Source: Ostrea edulis (Eukaryota). Taken from it: 64,000 nucleotides of DNA. Positions 27,792 through 43,009 of the stretch are shown here, piece by piece. Below the pieces are notes generated by a model that made no database searches, had not been told where the DNA came from, and saw only the letters and a list, made by a program, of their open reading frames with translations. The translations under genes were made by a program, and so were the position numbers. The stretch is taken from the NCBI RefSeq assembly GCF_947568905.1, contig NC_079167.1, forward strand, positions 92,318,001 to 92,382,000. Reading direction: 5' to 3'. Position 1 is the stretch's first letter. Each line of letters begins with the position of its first letter.

Positions 27792-28034
27792 ATTAAAATT
27801 TGTACCGTATAAATTTTACAAATGTTTTATGATGTGAAAATATGGGATAGTTTCAGTAATCGAACTAGATGTATATTTTATGATATATATGTTTTATGAC
27901 GCTGAAAAGGTCAACATTTTTATCGAGAAATAAGATACAATGACATAATGTAGGCTGATTTGACACAACATTGGTTAATGTAAATGCTACAATGAAAACG
28001 TTCACGATTCTACGTGTGCATGTATATAGATTAG

Positions 28035-28361
28035 CACTAAACTACAAATATATATACACAACAGCTGACAGATACACTAAACTACAAATATATATACACA
28101 ACAGCTGACAGATACACTAAACTACAAATATATATACACAACAGCTGACAGATACACTAAACTACAAATATATATACACAACAGCTGACAGATACACTAA
28201 ACTACAAATATATATACACAACAGCTGACAGATACACTAAACTACAAATATATATACACAACAGCTGACAGATACACTAAACTACAAATATATATACACA
28301 ACAGCTGACAGATACACTAAACTACAAATATATATACACAACAGCTGACAGATACACTAAA
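28035..28361. repeat. 40-bp perfect tandem repeat x8
   Basis: CACTAAACTACAAATATATATACACAACAGCTGACAGATA, identical units. Confidence 0.95.
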
Positions 28362-29412
28362 TGATATGAAGATTACAAAGCCGATTGAGTTTCTTGAATT
28401 CTCCAGCAATATACTCGATATACTCCTGAAGAATTGAAGAAGCCGAGAACTGTTATTATACTGCTACTTGTTCTTAATTTTGCACCTCCTTTTCTTACTT
28501 CTTTCTGCAGAAAAAAAAACTCTCAAGTAAATAAATGTTTTAGAACGCTTTATCTTTAAACCCCTCCCCCAAGAGCAGATTTATTTTGGGAGTGGGGATA
28601 GATACATGCAAGAATAAACCCTGGCTGATATTCTGTTATGTTGTTGTGTTTTTCTATTTTGGTCAATACTTTGCAATGGAGAGACATTTGCATTAACTGT
28701 ACACAACCTGTCGATATCTTCCTTTTGAAGGAATACATGTTCCAACTCTTTCCAATAGTGTTCTCCTAACTTCTACTAAGGCTTGTCATCAACATAAGGT
28801 CAAAATTTGGTGCCCTTCATCTTCAGTTTTTGTATCTTCCCCTACAGTTGATGACGTCTCTGTAGGAGTGAAAAATTCTCGAATGGGAAGTAAGCAACAA
28901 ACAAACAATCCGGCCCTTTTCGTGTTTGCCTATTTATTTGCATCTTTATGAAGCGTCAAGGATGGTGAAATGACCTAAAATTCCACATTGAAAAAGAAAA
29001 ACGAAAATTGCAGTATTTTAATTTTGTTTTTGATATGCAATAATACGATTAAGATCTGAACCCCAACGTTTGATTGATAAAAGGTTTGCTGTGGTTTGTT
29101 AAACGAAAACAAGAAGTTCGCAAACATAGCAGAAAAAAATATAACACGTGTTTTTCTAATAAACAATTGAACCAAATTGATGTTAGACATTACAGATACT
29201 AGACAGTAAAGACCTGCACGGCATTCCGTTGTGCACGGTAGTCTGATAGAAACTGCTTCGCTGTATCATCATCCACTAGTTCAATACTGAAAGTTCCTTG
29301 AATTCGGTTTGGTCAGAGCCATTTAATAAAATTCCATCTTCGTATCAAATCTGGAGAATTTCCCGTTCACACCTTGATTCTGTTTTGTCTGATGCAAAAG
29401 AGAATGGCTTCA

Positions 29413-29805
29413 TCAGCAGAACATCGGACTGGGACAGTTAGCGGTCAGCAGAACATCGGACTGGGACAGTTAGCGGTCAGTAGAACATCGAACTGGGACA
29501 GTTAGCGGTCAGTAGAACATCGGACTGGGACAGTTAGTGGTCAGCAGAACACCGGGCTGGGACAGTAAGTGGTCAGCAGAACACCGGGCTGGGACAGTTA
29601 GCGGTCAGTAGAACATCGGGCTGGGACAGTTAGCGGTCAGTGAAACATCGAACTGGGAAAGTTAGCGGTCAGTAGAACATCGGACTGGGACAGTTAGCGG
29701 TCAGCAGAAGACTGGACTGGGACAGTTAGCGGTCAGCAGAAGACTGGACTGGGAAAGTTAGCGGTCAGTAGAACACCGGACTGGGACAGTAAGCGGTCAC
29801 TAGAA
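29413..29805. repeat. 32-bp minisatellite (~12 units) just downstream of ARF copy C
   Basis: Unit TCAG(C/T)AGAACATCGGACTGGGACAGTTAGCGG. Confidence 0.95.
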
Positions 29806-29961
29806 CTGAAGGACAATCTGAACAGTGCTCACTGTCGAGCAGAGATGAATACGTTTTTCCTCCTTCTGCTCATCTTGAATAACACAATAACGTAGTACAT
29901 CTCCCCGTCAGAAATAGATTGCGCATTAATTTTGCCTTCATTGTAAGCATAAACTGCCCAT

Positions 29962-31551
29962 TCAGTGGTGGCTCGCTTTATGTTCTTTGACCATTGTCGC
30001 CATTTCACTCATGGCTTCATATATTCCCTCGCCTGATGTTGCGCATGCGGCTTGAATGAACCATTTTCGGGAAGATAGCTTATGTAAACACATTAAATCA
30101 GCGACTTCTGATGGTTTCAATGCATCTAATGAAAAATAGATAGATAAATGGATAACAAAATTAATCTAATCATGAAAAAACAAAAGTCATTTTTCTTAAT
30201 AATTAAATAACTATAGTTATAATTTGATTGTCGTACTTTTTGTTATTTCTCTGAAAGAAATTGATATGATATACATGTATAAGAGTGATGTACATAAAAA
30301 TATGATATACGTGTATAAGAGTGGTTTACATACTAGGCAGGTCCTGTTTGTTGGCGATAACCACGACTGGTACCCCCCTAAGTTCATCACTGTCAAGAAT
30401 TTTAAACAGCTCTTCACGAGATTCGGAGATCCTTTCTCTGTCGCTGCTATCCACGACGTATAACAATCCTGATAATTAAAAACATGATTTCTATTAACCT
30501 ATAACATTAAGTGAAAATGGGAGAGTAGTCAATGACATTCTAATTTGACTAAATAAGTGATGACCTTAGAGGTAGATATTCTATCTATAGTGAAATCATT
30601 TATTGACCCTACTCTGTATTATGGCGAGATATTGTGACTTTGACATAATAAAAATAAATAAATGTGAACCTGCAGAGTCCTGGAAGTAGAACCTCCACAG
30701 CGACCGTATCTTATTTTGTCCTCCGATGTCCCACACAGTAAATGAAATCCCTTTCAATGGTTGTACAGTTTCTACGTTGAATCCAATGGTTGGGATAGTG
30801 GTAACTATTTCATTTAGTTTGACTTTATACAAAATTGTTGTCTTTCCTGTAAAAAAAAAAAAAAGTCTTTGTTATATTTAAAGCAACACTAGCTGTCATT
30901 TTGGTGTCGATAATTTTTGTTGTAAAATTGTGATTTACCATTTCAATGAAAGGCGAAGATAACGAACAGTGATCAATCTCATAACTCAATGACAGAAAAA
31001 TAAGGTATATAAACTTTTGTTATTAATTTTTGTATTTAAAAAATATATTCTGATGCTCTGAATGAAGAAAAATTACATTGTCTTCTTGTACAATAATTGA
31101 TTTCTATATAATGTTTTATTTTCAATAGAACCGAAATATTTAATTTGATAAAATCTTAATGATGGTTTAAAGTTACACAAATAGCTATCATAAAAGCACA
31201 TTTTTACAACAAAATAAAATTTCAGATTTAAGCTAATGCTTTGATATTGGAATAATACAATCTACATCATGCAACATCATTATAAAGTTTGAAATATTAC
31301 AAGAACGATGTGTATTTGCATACTTCCAGATGAACTATATCATCTAGTTCATTATTATTGATTTTGTCTACAACGTTTCCACTAAGTAAAAATTTTATAC
31401 CATGAGTACAACATTTTCTTACTACGAAGTGGTCTGTTAAAATAAATCAGGACTCACCAGCTGCGTCTAATCCCAACATGAGAAGTCTAGCCGGTGTCCC
31501 AGCACTGAAAGACTCGAAAACAGAGTACAATTTAGAAAGCAGTAAACCCAT
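29962..31551 (-). CDS. ARF/ARL family GTPase, copy C (189 aa, subfamily I)
   Basis: Exons 31551-31458, 30846-30670, 30468-30334, 30125-29962 (570 nt). [46 protein letters not shown]; ends KEHKASHH*. Confidence 0.95.
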
Positions 31552-31630
31552 TATTTGACGCTTATTGGTTGCTGAGTGATTCCTACCACGGTATTTAAAG
31601 TATTATTAAAAAGAAAAAGAAAATTGGCTC

Positions 31631-31769
31631 TTTATATATTGATACATGCCGAATGACAACTTACATTCCACAAGTTAAATGCCTATGCTGTTATAAACAG
31701 CACTTTATTTCCAGCGTGTCAACTTGTGACGAAATACACTGTACTCAATCGTACGCGAGGGTTTCCGAA
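31631..31769 (-). promoter_or_regulatory. Proximal promoter of ARF copy C (same module as copy A)
   Basis: TTTATATA 31631, TTCCAGCGTGTC 31709, TGACGAAA 31727, GAGGGTTTCCGAA 31757. Confidence 0.65.
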
Positions 31770-32538
31770 CGATCATCGCGTATCTTGTAGACACAACATG
31801 CACACAAAAGCTTTTAACTAACTTCTGCATGGAATTTTAACAGGACTGTATCACTACAGTTTAGAACCCATACAGGTTTGAGAATCGATGTTTTTCATTT
31901 ATCAAAAAGAAAATGTCAAAGTTTGAATTGTTAAACATGTATTAATCAAAAACATATTTTCAAACAATGGAAGGCAAAGACGAATTATGAACTGCAACGC
32001 TATATGAAAATAATGCGTCCAACTACGGACTTCATGAAGTATATATGCCGGCGAAGCTTGTATTTCATACCCTCCTGTACTTCCAAAAAATGAAAGAGGG
32101 TGTTCCCTAATCGGAGCTTTGTGTTTGGTATTTAAACACCAGTGACGTAGAACTTTTAAACTATTATTACGTATTTGCCATTTAAATTCCTGAGGGATTC
32201 CTCAATACTAAGTGCAAGCCTAAATATTTTATGTGTCCGTACATAGTCTAAACATAATTTTTGAAATCGTGAAAATCAAGTTGTTTTGATTTTTCTGAGT
32301 ATTAGACACGAGTTACGAGTGTATCAAATATTTAATATTCTATACTACTACAGTCTAAAAGCTCTTATACTCGTATGCATTATTTTCTACAACCGTCTGT
32401 ATATAACTCTGACGACAAAACAAAATATGGGAAGTTTAATACGCATTAATAAAGTTCAACCATATCAATTTTCTACTGAAATACACATTGTCTCATCCAT
32501 TCAAACTGTTTAACAGTTATTTACCTTTTTTTTAATTT

Positions 32539-32577
<39 letters not shown>

Positions 32578-33398
32578 TTTTTCTTTGAAAGCTTTAAAAC
32601 CTAAGAATTCTCGTTAACAGCCTTGACTATTAAAACACAGGTATCACATGCTGTATTCGGCGTGTTGGTTTCTACTCCCATTCACAAACTAAACAGTGTC
32701 TAGGTTGGAATTTTATTTCAAACTCGGCACATTGTACGTGTGTTTCAATTAAGAAAAAAAATCTGGATGGAAAATGTAATATTAAAGAAAAAAGAAAAAT
32801 AATATTGTGTCCGTGAGGGATTCGAACTAGGCCGTTAAAAAAGATGACTTCTTTATACATTGAATTCTACGACGTTATCCACTGAACCAAGCAGCAGTAC
32901 TTAATTTTCAATGGAAAATTAACGTATATGTGAAGTTGAAATTGATATCAGTGAAATCGTTTCGATTTTTTGATATTTACAACAAAATGCCCTCGTGAAA
33001 CAAAATTTCAAAGCGAATTTTTTTTTAGTAGAAAACTAGAGGAACATGTTCATGCTAAATTCATTTCGTTTCACTGAGGCAGTTTTTTTTTAATTCGGGG
33101 ATACCCCTCTATTTTAACGCTAAAAATCATATAAATCGCTTGTTGCTTGATTTAAACTCAAATTATTTTGGCTAATTCTTGTTAATACACGTCTTTTAAA
33201 CTTATTTTCAAAAATGTTTGAATCAATACATAAGTTCCAACTGATTTTATCATATATTTGAATAACTTTTTTTTATCGATATCTCACGCAATGCCTTTAG
33301 GGAAATTAACACGACACGTGCAACACCTTCCTTATTACTTTTAGAAATATCATTTTGAATCGATCATTGTAACATACAATCAAAACAACAAAAGTATA

Positions 33399-33764
33399 TT
33401 AAGGTAATACTCTACATCGTCATAATGGCTGACTTCCTTTAAAAACATGGATGACAAAATCGATATCAGCAATATTTGACTTTTCCTTTTCCATTTAAAT
33501 ACCTAGCCGAGTAGCTCAGTAGGTTAGAATACCGACTGCAATAAAAGATAAAAAAAAAAAAAAAAAGAATACCGACTGCTGAACTGTAGGTCGTAGGTTC
33601 GAGTCCAGCAGGGGTTTTAAATTTTTTTCAGATTACCTTCTACTAAAACTGTATTTTTTGACAAAATAAAGTAAATTTGAAATTTTTTAAATTCAAAATA
33701 TTTTTGTATATATCCTACACTTTTCATCTACATCAAATTTCTCTGGTGTAGCATACGTCCTTAA
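33399..33764 (+). mobile_element. TTAA-flanked (Kolobok/piggyBac-type) non-autonomous element carrying an internal tRNA-like segment
   Basis: TTAAGG...CCTTAA ends with imperfect TIRs; A-box TAGCTCAGTAGG and B-box GGTTCGAGTCC; second copy at 52789-53114. Confidence 0.6.
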
Positions 33765-33909
33765 GGCACGTTTAAAGGCCCGATTTCAGAATCACAAGTG
33801 GAATTATATACGGTATATTACCACTGCTAAAGTTCTCTGATTGGTCACACAATAATATAAATTTATGAAAATTAGAGTGATGCACAATATTTCAATAGCG
33901 CTATTAGTA

Positions 33910-34490
33910 TGAAAAGGTGAAGATTACGATCAAAATCATTAGTTCTGCAAACACGGACCCCTGGACACACCAGAGGTGGAATCAGATGCCTAGGAGGAGT
34001 AAGCATCCCCTGTCGATCGGTCACACCCGCCGTGAGCCCTATATCTTGATCGGCCAAACGGAGGAATTTGTTGTCAAATTTAGTGTGTGAAGAACGGCCT
34101 AACAATTGGTATGAAACACGTCAGACAGCATTTGATCCACTGAACAGTTTTACTGGCAATCTAGATTGCTATAACGACTACCTGCTAAATGCTGATTTTA
34201 AACGAGACTGTCGAAACCCCTGTAACATCAACTTGTTTGTCAGTAACCTGTCTCGATTTTAAAAACTGATCATACGCAGAACAAGCTGTTGCGTATTGAA
34301 TCAGTTGAGATATATAAACACCATATACAGGTGATAATGGAATATTGCTACATAAATATGAGAAGTTGACAATGGAGAAGCTGAAATCATCTGATTTGTT
34401 ATAAAGTTTAGTTTTTAGTTTGCCGTAAGTATTTATCTTCAATAAAATATCTAAGTACGAAGAATATGCGGTAGACTCATTGGAGTCTTT
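33910..34490 (-). mobile_element. Penelope-like RT 3' fragment
   Basis: ORF 34185-34442 LYNKSDDFSFSIVNF..VYGVYISQLIQYA plus the shared 3' tail. Confidence 0.75.
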
Positions 34491-35447
34491 TCTTGAAATA
34501 CGTCATATGCATAAGTCGCGCGGCTCAGCTTGACGTTAAATGGTATTGACATTTTGACAACGTTGCGATAATTGGTTTTCATTAATTTTCCACGTGATCA
34601 CCTCTGCACTTCAAACATACTCTCATATATTTTCAAAAATAAATATGATTTCTATATTTACATTCCACTTTCTTTTCTGTCGGAATTCCCAGCCGTTGAA
34701 ATAGGTGCACCATATTAATCAAGATTCATACGTGTAATGTTCACAAATGCAGCGCATTCATGAGGAAATGGCTATCATATCAATTTGTAAAGATATCAAA
34801 GTGAAAAACATGGGAAATGCAAACATTATAAAATGATATATCGTCTTACATTACATTGGAAATATCAATTCTGGTCATTTTTTTTCTCTTTAATTCATCT
34901 CGTATCGTCTGTGATTTATTTTTAAACATGGTTTATTTTCAAGAGTCGACACATTAACAAAGGCGGTTTGTTTGATGACTTTTAGGAAATATCAATAAAC
35001 CTGTTTTGGATAACCATACACGTTTGTTTCGTATTTCTGAATGAAGACAACTGTTCCTTGAATGTCAAAATAAATTACCCAGACGTCTATTTATTCATCT
35101 GTTTTTATTTTATTTTTTATGAAAAACAATAATCAATAAAACAAGAATTTTAATATCAAGTGTCGTAATGACTCCACCAACACGTTAGTCGTGGAAACAG
35201 CTATTGTAAAGAACAAGTAATGAGATTGTGTAATCATGATCTACGCAATGTTGTTTGTCATTGATAACGACTGGTTCTCGCGAGAGCTTCTTGTGCTGTA
35301 TCAGCAAGTGTTCACCGGCTACAGCGCAGTTTGGATACCTGCTGACTTGGAAGCGCCTCGGCCTCCATGTATGGATGTAGAAGATGCAGATAAAAGTCAA
35401 TGAGCACTCCCTTGATGACTTATAACAGATACTTGTGGTGAACGGTT

Positions 35448-36677
<1,230 letters not shown>

Positions 36678-38847
36678 GGTTTTCTTAATTTCTGCACTAA
36701 ATTTCTTTAATTAGTCTCAAGCTTCAATGTTTTTTCTTTTAATTTCATATATCGGCACAGGTTTATATATACTAGGGAGACGACAAGCTAAAATTTCCAC
36801 GTGCCATTTAAATGTTGGATCATTCAACGATTTATTTCCAGCATGGAAGGTATGACGAAACACCCGGTTGTAAAAATAAACACAGATCGAGGCATTCCGA
36901 ATGAATCAATGAATAGGTGTACATGTACATACCAGGATGTAATACTTATCGTAAACTATCGGATGAACTCTGGTTTTACGAATACAACAATATAGAAGTT
37001 TTTAGTTATTATCATTATTATTTTCATTAATCAATAACTGGTCAGTTTCCCCCGCCCATACATGTACACATTGTTTTTTCTTTCTGTATTGTATAATATG
37101 AAAGAATCCCATACAATCCAAGTATACGAAATCCTGTTCAAAGAAATGAATTGCTATGATTAATTGTGAGTTCAAAAATTAGTGGAGTCATAACGCTTTT
37201 AAAAAAATGTAATGTAAATATAGTATTATTCAACAAATAAAACATTGTCGGTAACTGAAAAGAAATATGAGTGTATACTTAGATGAATAATATCTTTTGT
37301 TTGTATATTTGTTTTACATCCCTCTTACGAGACTTTTCACGCGGGACGTCATCAACTGTACATCCCTCTTACGAGACTTTTCACGCGGGACGTCATCAAC
37401 TGTATCAATACATCTGACGTATGTTAAACCTACTGTACATTTATTTGATGATTTGAACAGATTTCATTTTAAATACATATACAACAGGTTGAAACACAAG
37501 TTCTATCAACGTACGAGATGTAATGATGAGATGTACAAGTCTGTAAAATGACGTATTCTAATTCCCTGATAGTTGCAACGTTTTAAAATATTTTTGGACC
37601 GACTAGAAGTTTATTTTCAATGTGTTTTGCTTTGCTGTCTTTAGAGATTGTAACGTGAGCGCTTCATTAAGTATACCGGTGTTAAGCGTCGCAGTTCATG
37701 CCCTCCTGTCTTTTCAACAAATGAGTTTCACTTTTTAAATATCAATTTGAATTTGCAGAAGACACTGCTGAATGCAACACGCAGTCAAAACAGCCGTAGT
37801 TTAGCATAACGCATTCAAAGCCCAGATTTCAGAATCACAGGATGGATTATATCATCATTGCTAACGTTATCTGAATGTCCACACTGTAACGTGTATATAT
37901 TTGTATGTAAGAATCGGAGTGGTACACAATATTTTGATCTAGCTATTTGTATAAATACTTTATATATGCTTTTGTGTTTTGTTTTTTATATTTCGACAGG
38001 GGATGTGTACTCCTTCTAGGCACCTGATTCTGTTATCATCACTTTTTCATACATAAGCCGCGCGGCCCAGCCTGACGTTAACTGTTACAGATATTTTCAT
38101 AGCGTTGCGATAATTGGTTTTATCTCATTTCCCACGTAATGACCTCTGCACTGTGAACACTTCTCACATCTTTATGCCCTCATATATTTTCAAAAATGAA
38201 ATTTATCTTTATATTTACATTCTACTTGAATTTCCATTCGTTACAATAGACGTACTATATTTATCAAGATTCATACGCGAATGGTTCTCAACTGCAGCGC
38301 ATTCATGGGGAATTGGCTTATTACAATTTGCAAGGATATCAAAGGGAAAAAATAGAAATGTCAATATTAAGAAATGATACCCAATCTTATGTTGTGTTAA
38401 AGTTCCCATTCTGGTAAAGTTCTTTTGAGATTTTATTTCATACCGGTGAAATTTGTGGTTTGTTTTAAGATATGGTTTATTTTCAACAGTCGATGAATAA
38501 ACAAGGGCGGCTTGTTTTCATGACTTTAGGAAATATCAATGACCTTTTTTGAGTTATCATACACAATGAAATCTAAATTCTATATTCACATTCTACTTTC
38601 ATTTCTGTCAGAATTCACAGCCGTTGAAATAAGCGTATTATATTCATCTACATTTATAGACGCTTTGTTCACAACTGCAGCGCATACATGAGGAAATGAC
38701 CATTATTACAATTTGTAGAAGTACCAAAGGCAAAAACATTGGAAATGTAAATATCAAAAAATAATACCCAGTTATTACATTATGTTGGAGATATCCATTC
38801 TGGTAAAATTTTGGGATTTCATTTCATATCGGAGACATTTGTGGCTT

Positions 38848-39054
38848 TAATTAATTTAATTAATTATCCTCTTCGTCCCCGGTGGGACATAAGGCTTCAA
38901 CAAGTTGTCTCCATCTACCTCTGTCCTTGGCAAGATACTATGCCTGTCCCCATGAGTAGCCCATTTCCTCAAGTTCTGATGTTACGGTTCTCCTCCAGGT
39001 GGTACGTGGTCTACCTCTTTTCCTCTTTCCAGGTGGTGTCCAGTGTAGAGCTAC
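38848..39054 (-). mobile_element. RTE-clade LINE 3' fragment
   Basis: Reads VALHWTPPGKRKRGRPRTTWRRTV...WGQA*YLAKDRGRWRQLVEALCP; short AT-repeat tail; 10-bp TSD TTTGTGGCTT (38838-38847, 39055-39064). Confidence 0.85.
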
Positions 39055-39666
39055 TTTGTGGCTTATTTTCAATTATTGTTATTGTCAAGAGTCGACATAT
39101 GATTAAATTGATTGTTTATTATTTTACTTTGTTTTGGTATTGGGGGGTCATTAACTACGGCGGCTTGTTTTGATGATTTTTAGGATATATCAATAAACCT
39201 CTTTTGGGATATCCTACACTTGTTTAGTGTACTGAAGAGAAACAACTGTTCCGTGAATGGCAAAACAAATCATCATCTATCTATTTCTCATTTTTTATTC
39301 TTTATGAACAACAATAACCAATGATCACAAAAACAAGAACAATTTCAATAACAAGTGTTGTAAAACTCCACAAACACGATAGTCATGGAAACAGTTATTG
39401 TAAAGAACACGTAATGTGTGACCATGATCTAAACAATGTTGTTTCTCATTGATAATGACTGGTTCTCTCGATAGCTTGTTGTGTTGTATCAGCCAATATT
39501 CACACGGATACAGCTTGTGTTGTATCAGCCGATGTTCACACGGCTACACCGCAGTTTGGATATCTGCTGACTTGGAAGCGCCTCCATGTATGGATGTAAA
39601 AGATGCAGATAAAAGTCAATGAGCACTCCCTTGATGACTTATAACAGATACTTGTGGTGAACGGTT

Positions 39667-40939
39667 TCATTTAAGCCCCTTCTTATACTCTTTAACCATA
39701 GTTGCTAATTCCTTCATGGCTTCGTATATGCCTTCACCTGTTGTTGCGCATGCGGATTGAATGAACCATTTTCGTGACGTCAGCCTGTTTAAGCACATTT
39801 GGTCTGCCACCTGCGAGGTACTTTGAGCATCTATTGGAAAAAGATTTTTTTTTTTTTCACTATACTTATATACATTAAAAGTTATACATGGAAGAAAATT
39901 TGAAAAAAAAAAAACGACAACATATATATTGGGAAAAAATGAAACGTTCGAATAAAAATACCATGCAATTTGAAATTTGTTACTGAATTCATTAAAGAAA
40001 TTCAAAACGGCTTAAATGGTAATTCTGAATGTTTTCTGGGTACCATTAAATTCTCCAAATCAACATTAGTCAGTAAAGCATACGTACTTGGAAGATCTTG
40101 TTTGTTAGCGATGACCACCACTGGAACTCCTCTCATTTCATCGTTTTGGAGGATTCCGAACAGTTCTTCACGTGACTCCGTAATCCTCTCTCTGTCGTTG
40201 CTGTCTACTACATATACCAGACCTGAAGAAAATAGACGGAGATAATACACCTTTCTAGTACGCTGAACTAATTACATGAATGCGGAATTATTGCAAGTTT
40301 CCCCCTCATAATCATTACATAACTACATCTAATATTCCAGTGTTTAATTTCAGTTTTTTAGTCGTACCTTCAGTGTTTTGGTAGTAGTGTTTCCATAACG
40401 GTCTAATTTTGTCTTGACCCCCGACGTCCCAGACCGTGAAGGATACGCCCTTTACCGGGGATACTGTCTCCACATTAAAACCTATGGTTGGTATGGTGCA
40501 CACATTCTCGTTCAGTTTAATCTTGTATAAAATGGTCGTTTTCCCTGTAAGGAAAATTTCTTCACAATGAAAATTAATTCAGCAACAACAAAGGGTGCAA
40601 ATTAAATTCTATTTTTTTTTTCTTTAGAAAGATAATGAAAATAAATAGATACAGGAAGAAATATGAATTAAAAACAGATTAAACAGTGCAAAATAAACGT
40701 GCGAATCAATAGTCAGCTGCACTAAAGAAAACACGGCAATATATCCAAAAATGATTATACACATGTTCATGTATATCAAATACAGATGAATTCCGATTTT
40801 CAAACTTTTTTAAATAAGAAAAATTAAAATTACAATTAATCTTACCAGCAGCATCTAAGCCAAGCATAACTATTCTTGCTGGTGATCCAAAGGAAAAAGA
40901 CTCAAAAAGAGTGGTTAATTTGGAGAGAAATAATCCCAT
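39667..40939 (-). CDS. ARF/ARL family GTPase, copy E (189 aa, subfamily II)
   Basis: Exons 40939-40846, 40544-40368, 40222-40088, 39830-39667 (570 nt); all G-motifs intact. Confidence 0.95.
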
Positions 40940-43009
40940 GGTTTTCTTAATTTCTGCACTGAATTTCTTTAATAAGTCTCAAGCTTCGATCTTTTTTCTT
41001 TTAATTTGATATATCGGTACAAGTTTATATATACTAGGGAGACGACAAGCTAAAATTTCCACGTGCCATTTAAATGTTGGATCATTCAACGATTTATTTC
41101 CAGCGTGGAAGGTATGACGAAACACCCGGTTGTATAAATAAACACAGATCGAGGCATTCCGAATGAATCAATGAATAGGTGTACATGTACATACGAGGAT
41201 GTACTACTTGTCGTAAACTATCGGATGAACTCTGGTTTTACGAATACAACAAGATAGAAGTTTTTGGTTATTACCTTTATTATTATCTTAAATTAATAAC
41301 TGGTCAGTTTGCCCCCGCCATACATGTACACGTTGTTTTTTCTGTATTGCATAATATGAAAGAATCCCATACAATACGAAATCCTGTTCGAAAGAAATGA
41401 ATTACTATGATTAATTGTGAATTCAAAAATTAGTGCAGACATAACGCTTCTAGAAATATAATGTAAACTACGTTTTACGATATAGTATTATTCAACAAAT
41501 AAAACGTCAGTAACTGAAAAGAAATATGAGTGTATACTTAGATGAAAAATATCTTTTGTTTGTATATTTGTTTTACATCCCTCTTACGAGACTTTTCACG
41601 CGGGACCTCATCAACTGTACGTCCCTTTTACGAGACTTTTCACGCAGGACGTCATAAGCTGTATTAATGCTGTATTAATGCATCTTAGATATTTTCGACC
41701 TACATTGATTTGAGGATTTGAACATACAGTATTTCATTTTAAATACATATACAACAGGTTGGAACACAAGTTCTATCAACTGACGAGATGTACTGACGAG
41801 ATGTAAAAGTCTGTAAAAATGACGTGTTCTAATGCCCTGATAGTTGCAACGTTTTAAATATTTCTGGAATGACTAAAAGTTTATTTTCAATGTGTTTTGC
41901 TTTGCTGTCTTTAGAAATTGTAGCGTTAAGCGTCGCAGTGCATGCCCTCCTGTCTTTTCAACAAATGAGTTTCATTTTTTAAATATCATTTTGAATTTAC
42001 AGAAGACACTGTTGAATGCAACATGTAGTCAAAACAGCCGTAGTATAGAATGATGCATTCAAAGTCTAGATTTCAGAATCGCAGGATGGATTCTATCATC
42101 ATTGCTAACGTTGTCTGAACGGACATAACGGAACATATTTATTTACATTTGAATGTAAGAATCGAAGCGGTATAGACCCAATATTTTGATCTCGCTATTT
42201 GTATAAATACTTTATATATGCTTACTCCGATCTCACCTCTGGCATATCCAGTGGTCCATGTTTACCCAGCTCTTGGTTTTGTATTCTTTATAGGAGTTAT
42301 CAGATTGATCATTGTTCCATATCTTCACTTTTTCATACATAAGCCGCGCGGACAACTCTGACGTTAACTGATAGAGACTTTTTCATAACGTTGTGATAAT
42401 CAGTTTTCTTTAATTTTCCACGTGATCAACTCCACTCTGCAAACAGTTCTCACATCTCCATATTCTCATATATTTTCAAAAATGAAATTTTGTTTTTTAT
42501 ATTTACATTCTCTTGACTTCCTAACCGTTAGATAAGACGTACTTCATCAATAAAGATTCATACATGCACGTTCGGAACTACAGCGCATTAAAGAGGAAAC
42601 GGCTTATTACAATTTGCAAGGGTATCAAAGGAAATGACTTTCGAAATGTAGACATTAAAAAATAACACTCAGTCTTATGTTGTGTTGGAAGTACCCATTC
42701 TGGTAAAATATTTCAGGATTTTAATTCATACCGGAGAAATTTACGGCTTATTTTCAAATATGGTGTGTTTTCAACAGTCGACAAACAAAGGCGGTTTGTT
42801 TTCATGATTTTAGGAAATATCAATAAACATCTTTTGCGTTATCATAGACAATGATATCTAATTTGTATATTTAAATTCTACTTTGATTTCTGTCGGAATT
42901 CACAACCGTGGAAATAAACTTACTATATTCATCAACATTTATACGCGCATTGCTCACAATAAACTGTAGCGCATTCATGAGGAAATGACTGTCATTACAA
43001 TTTGTAAAA

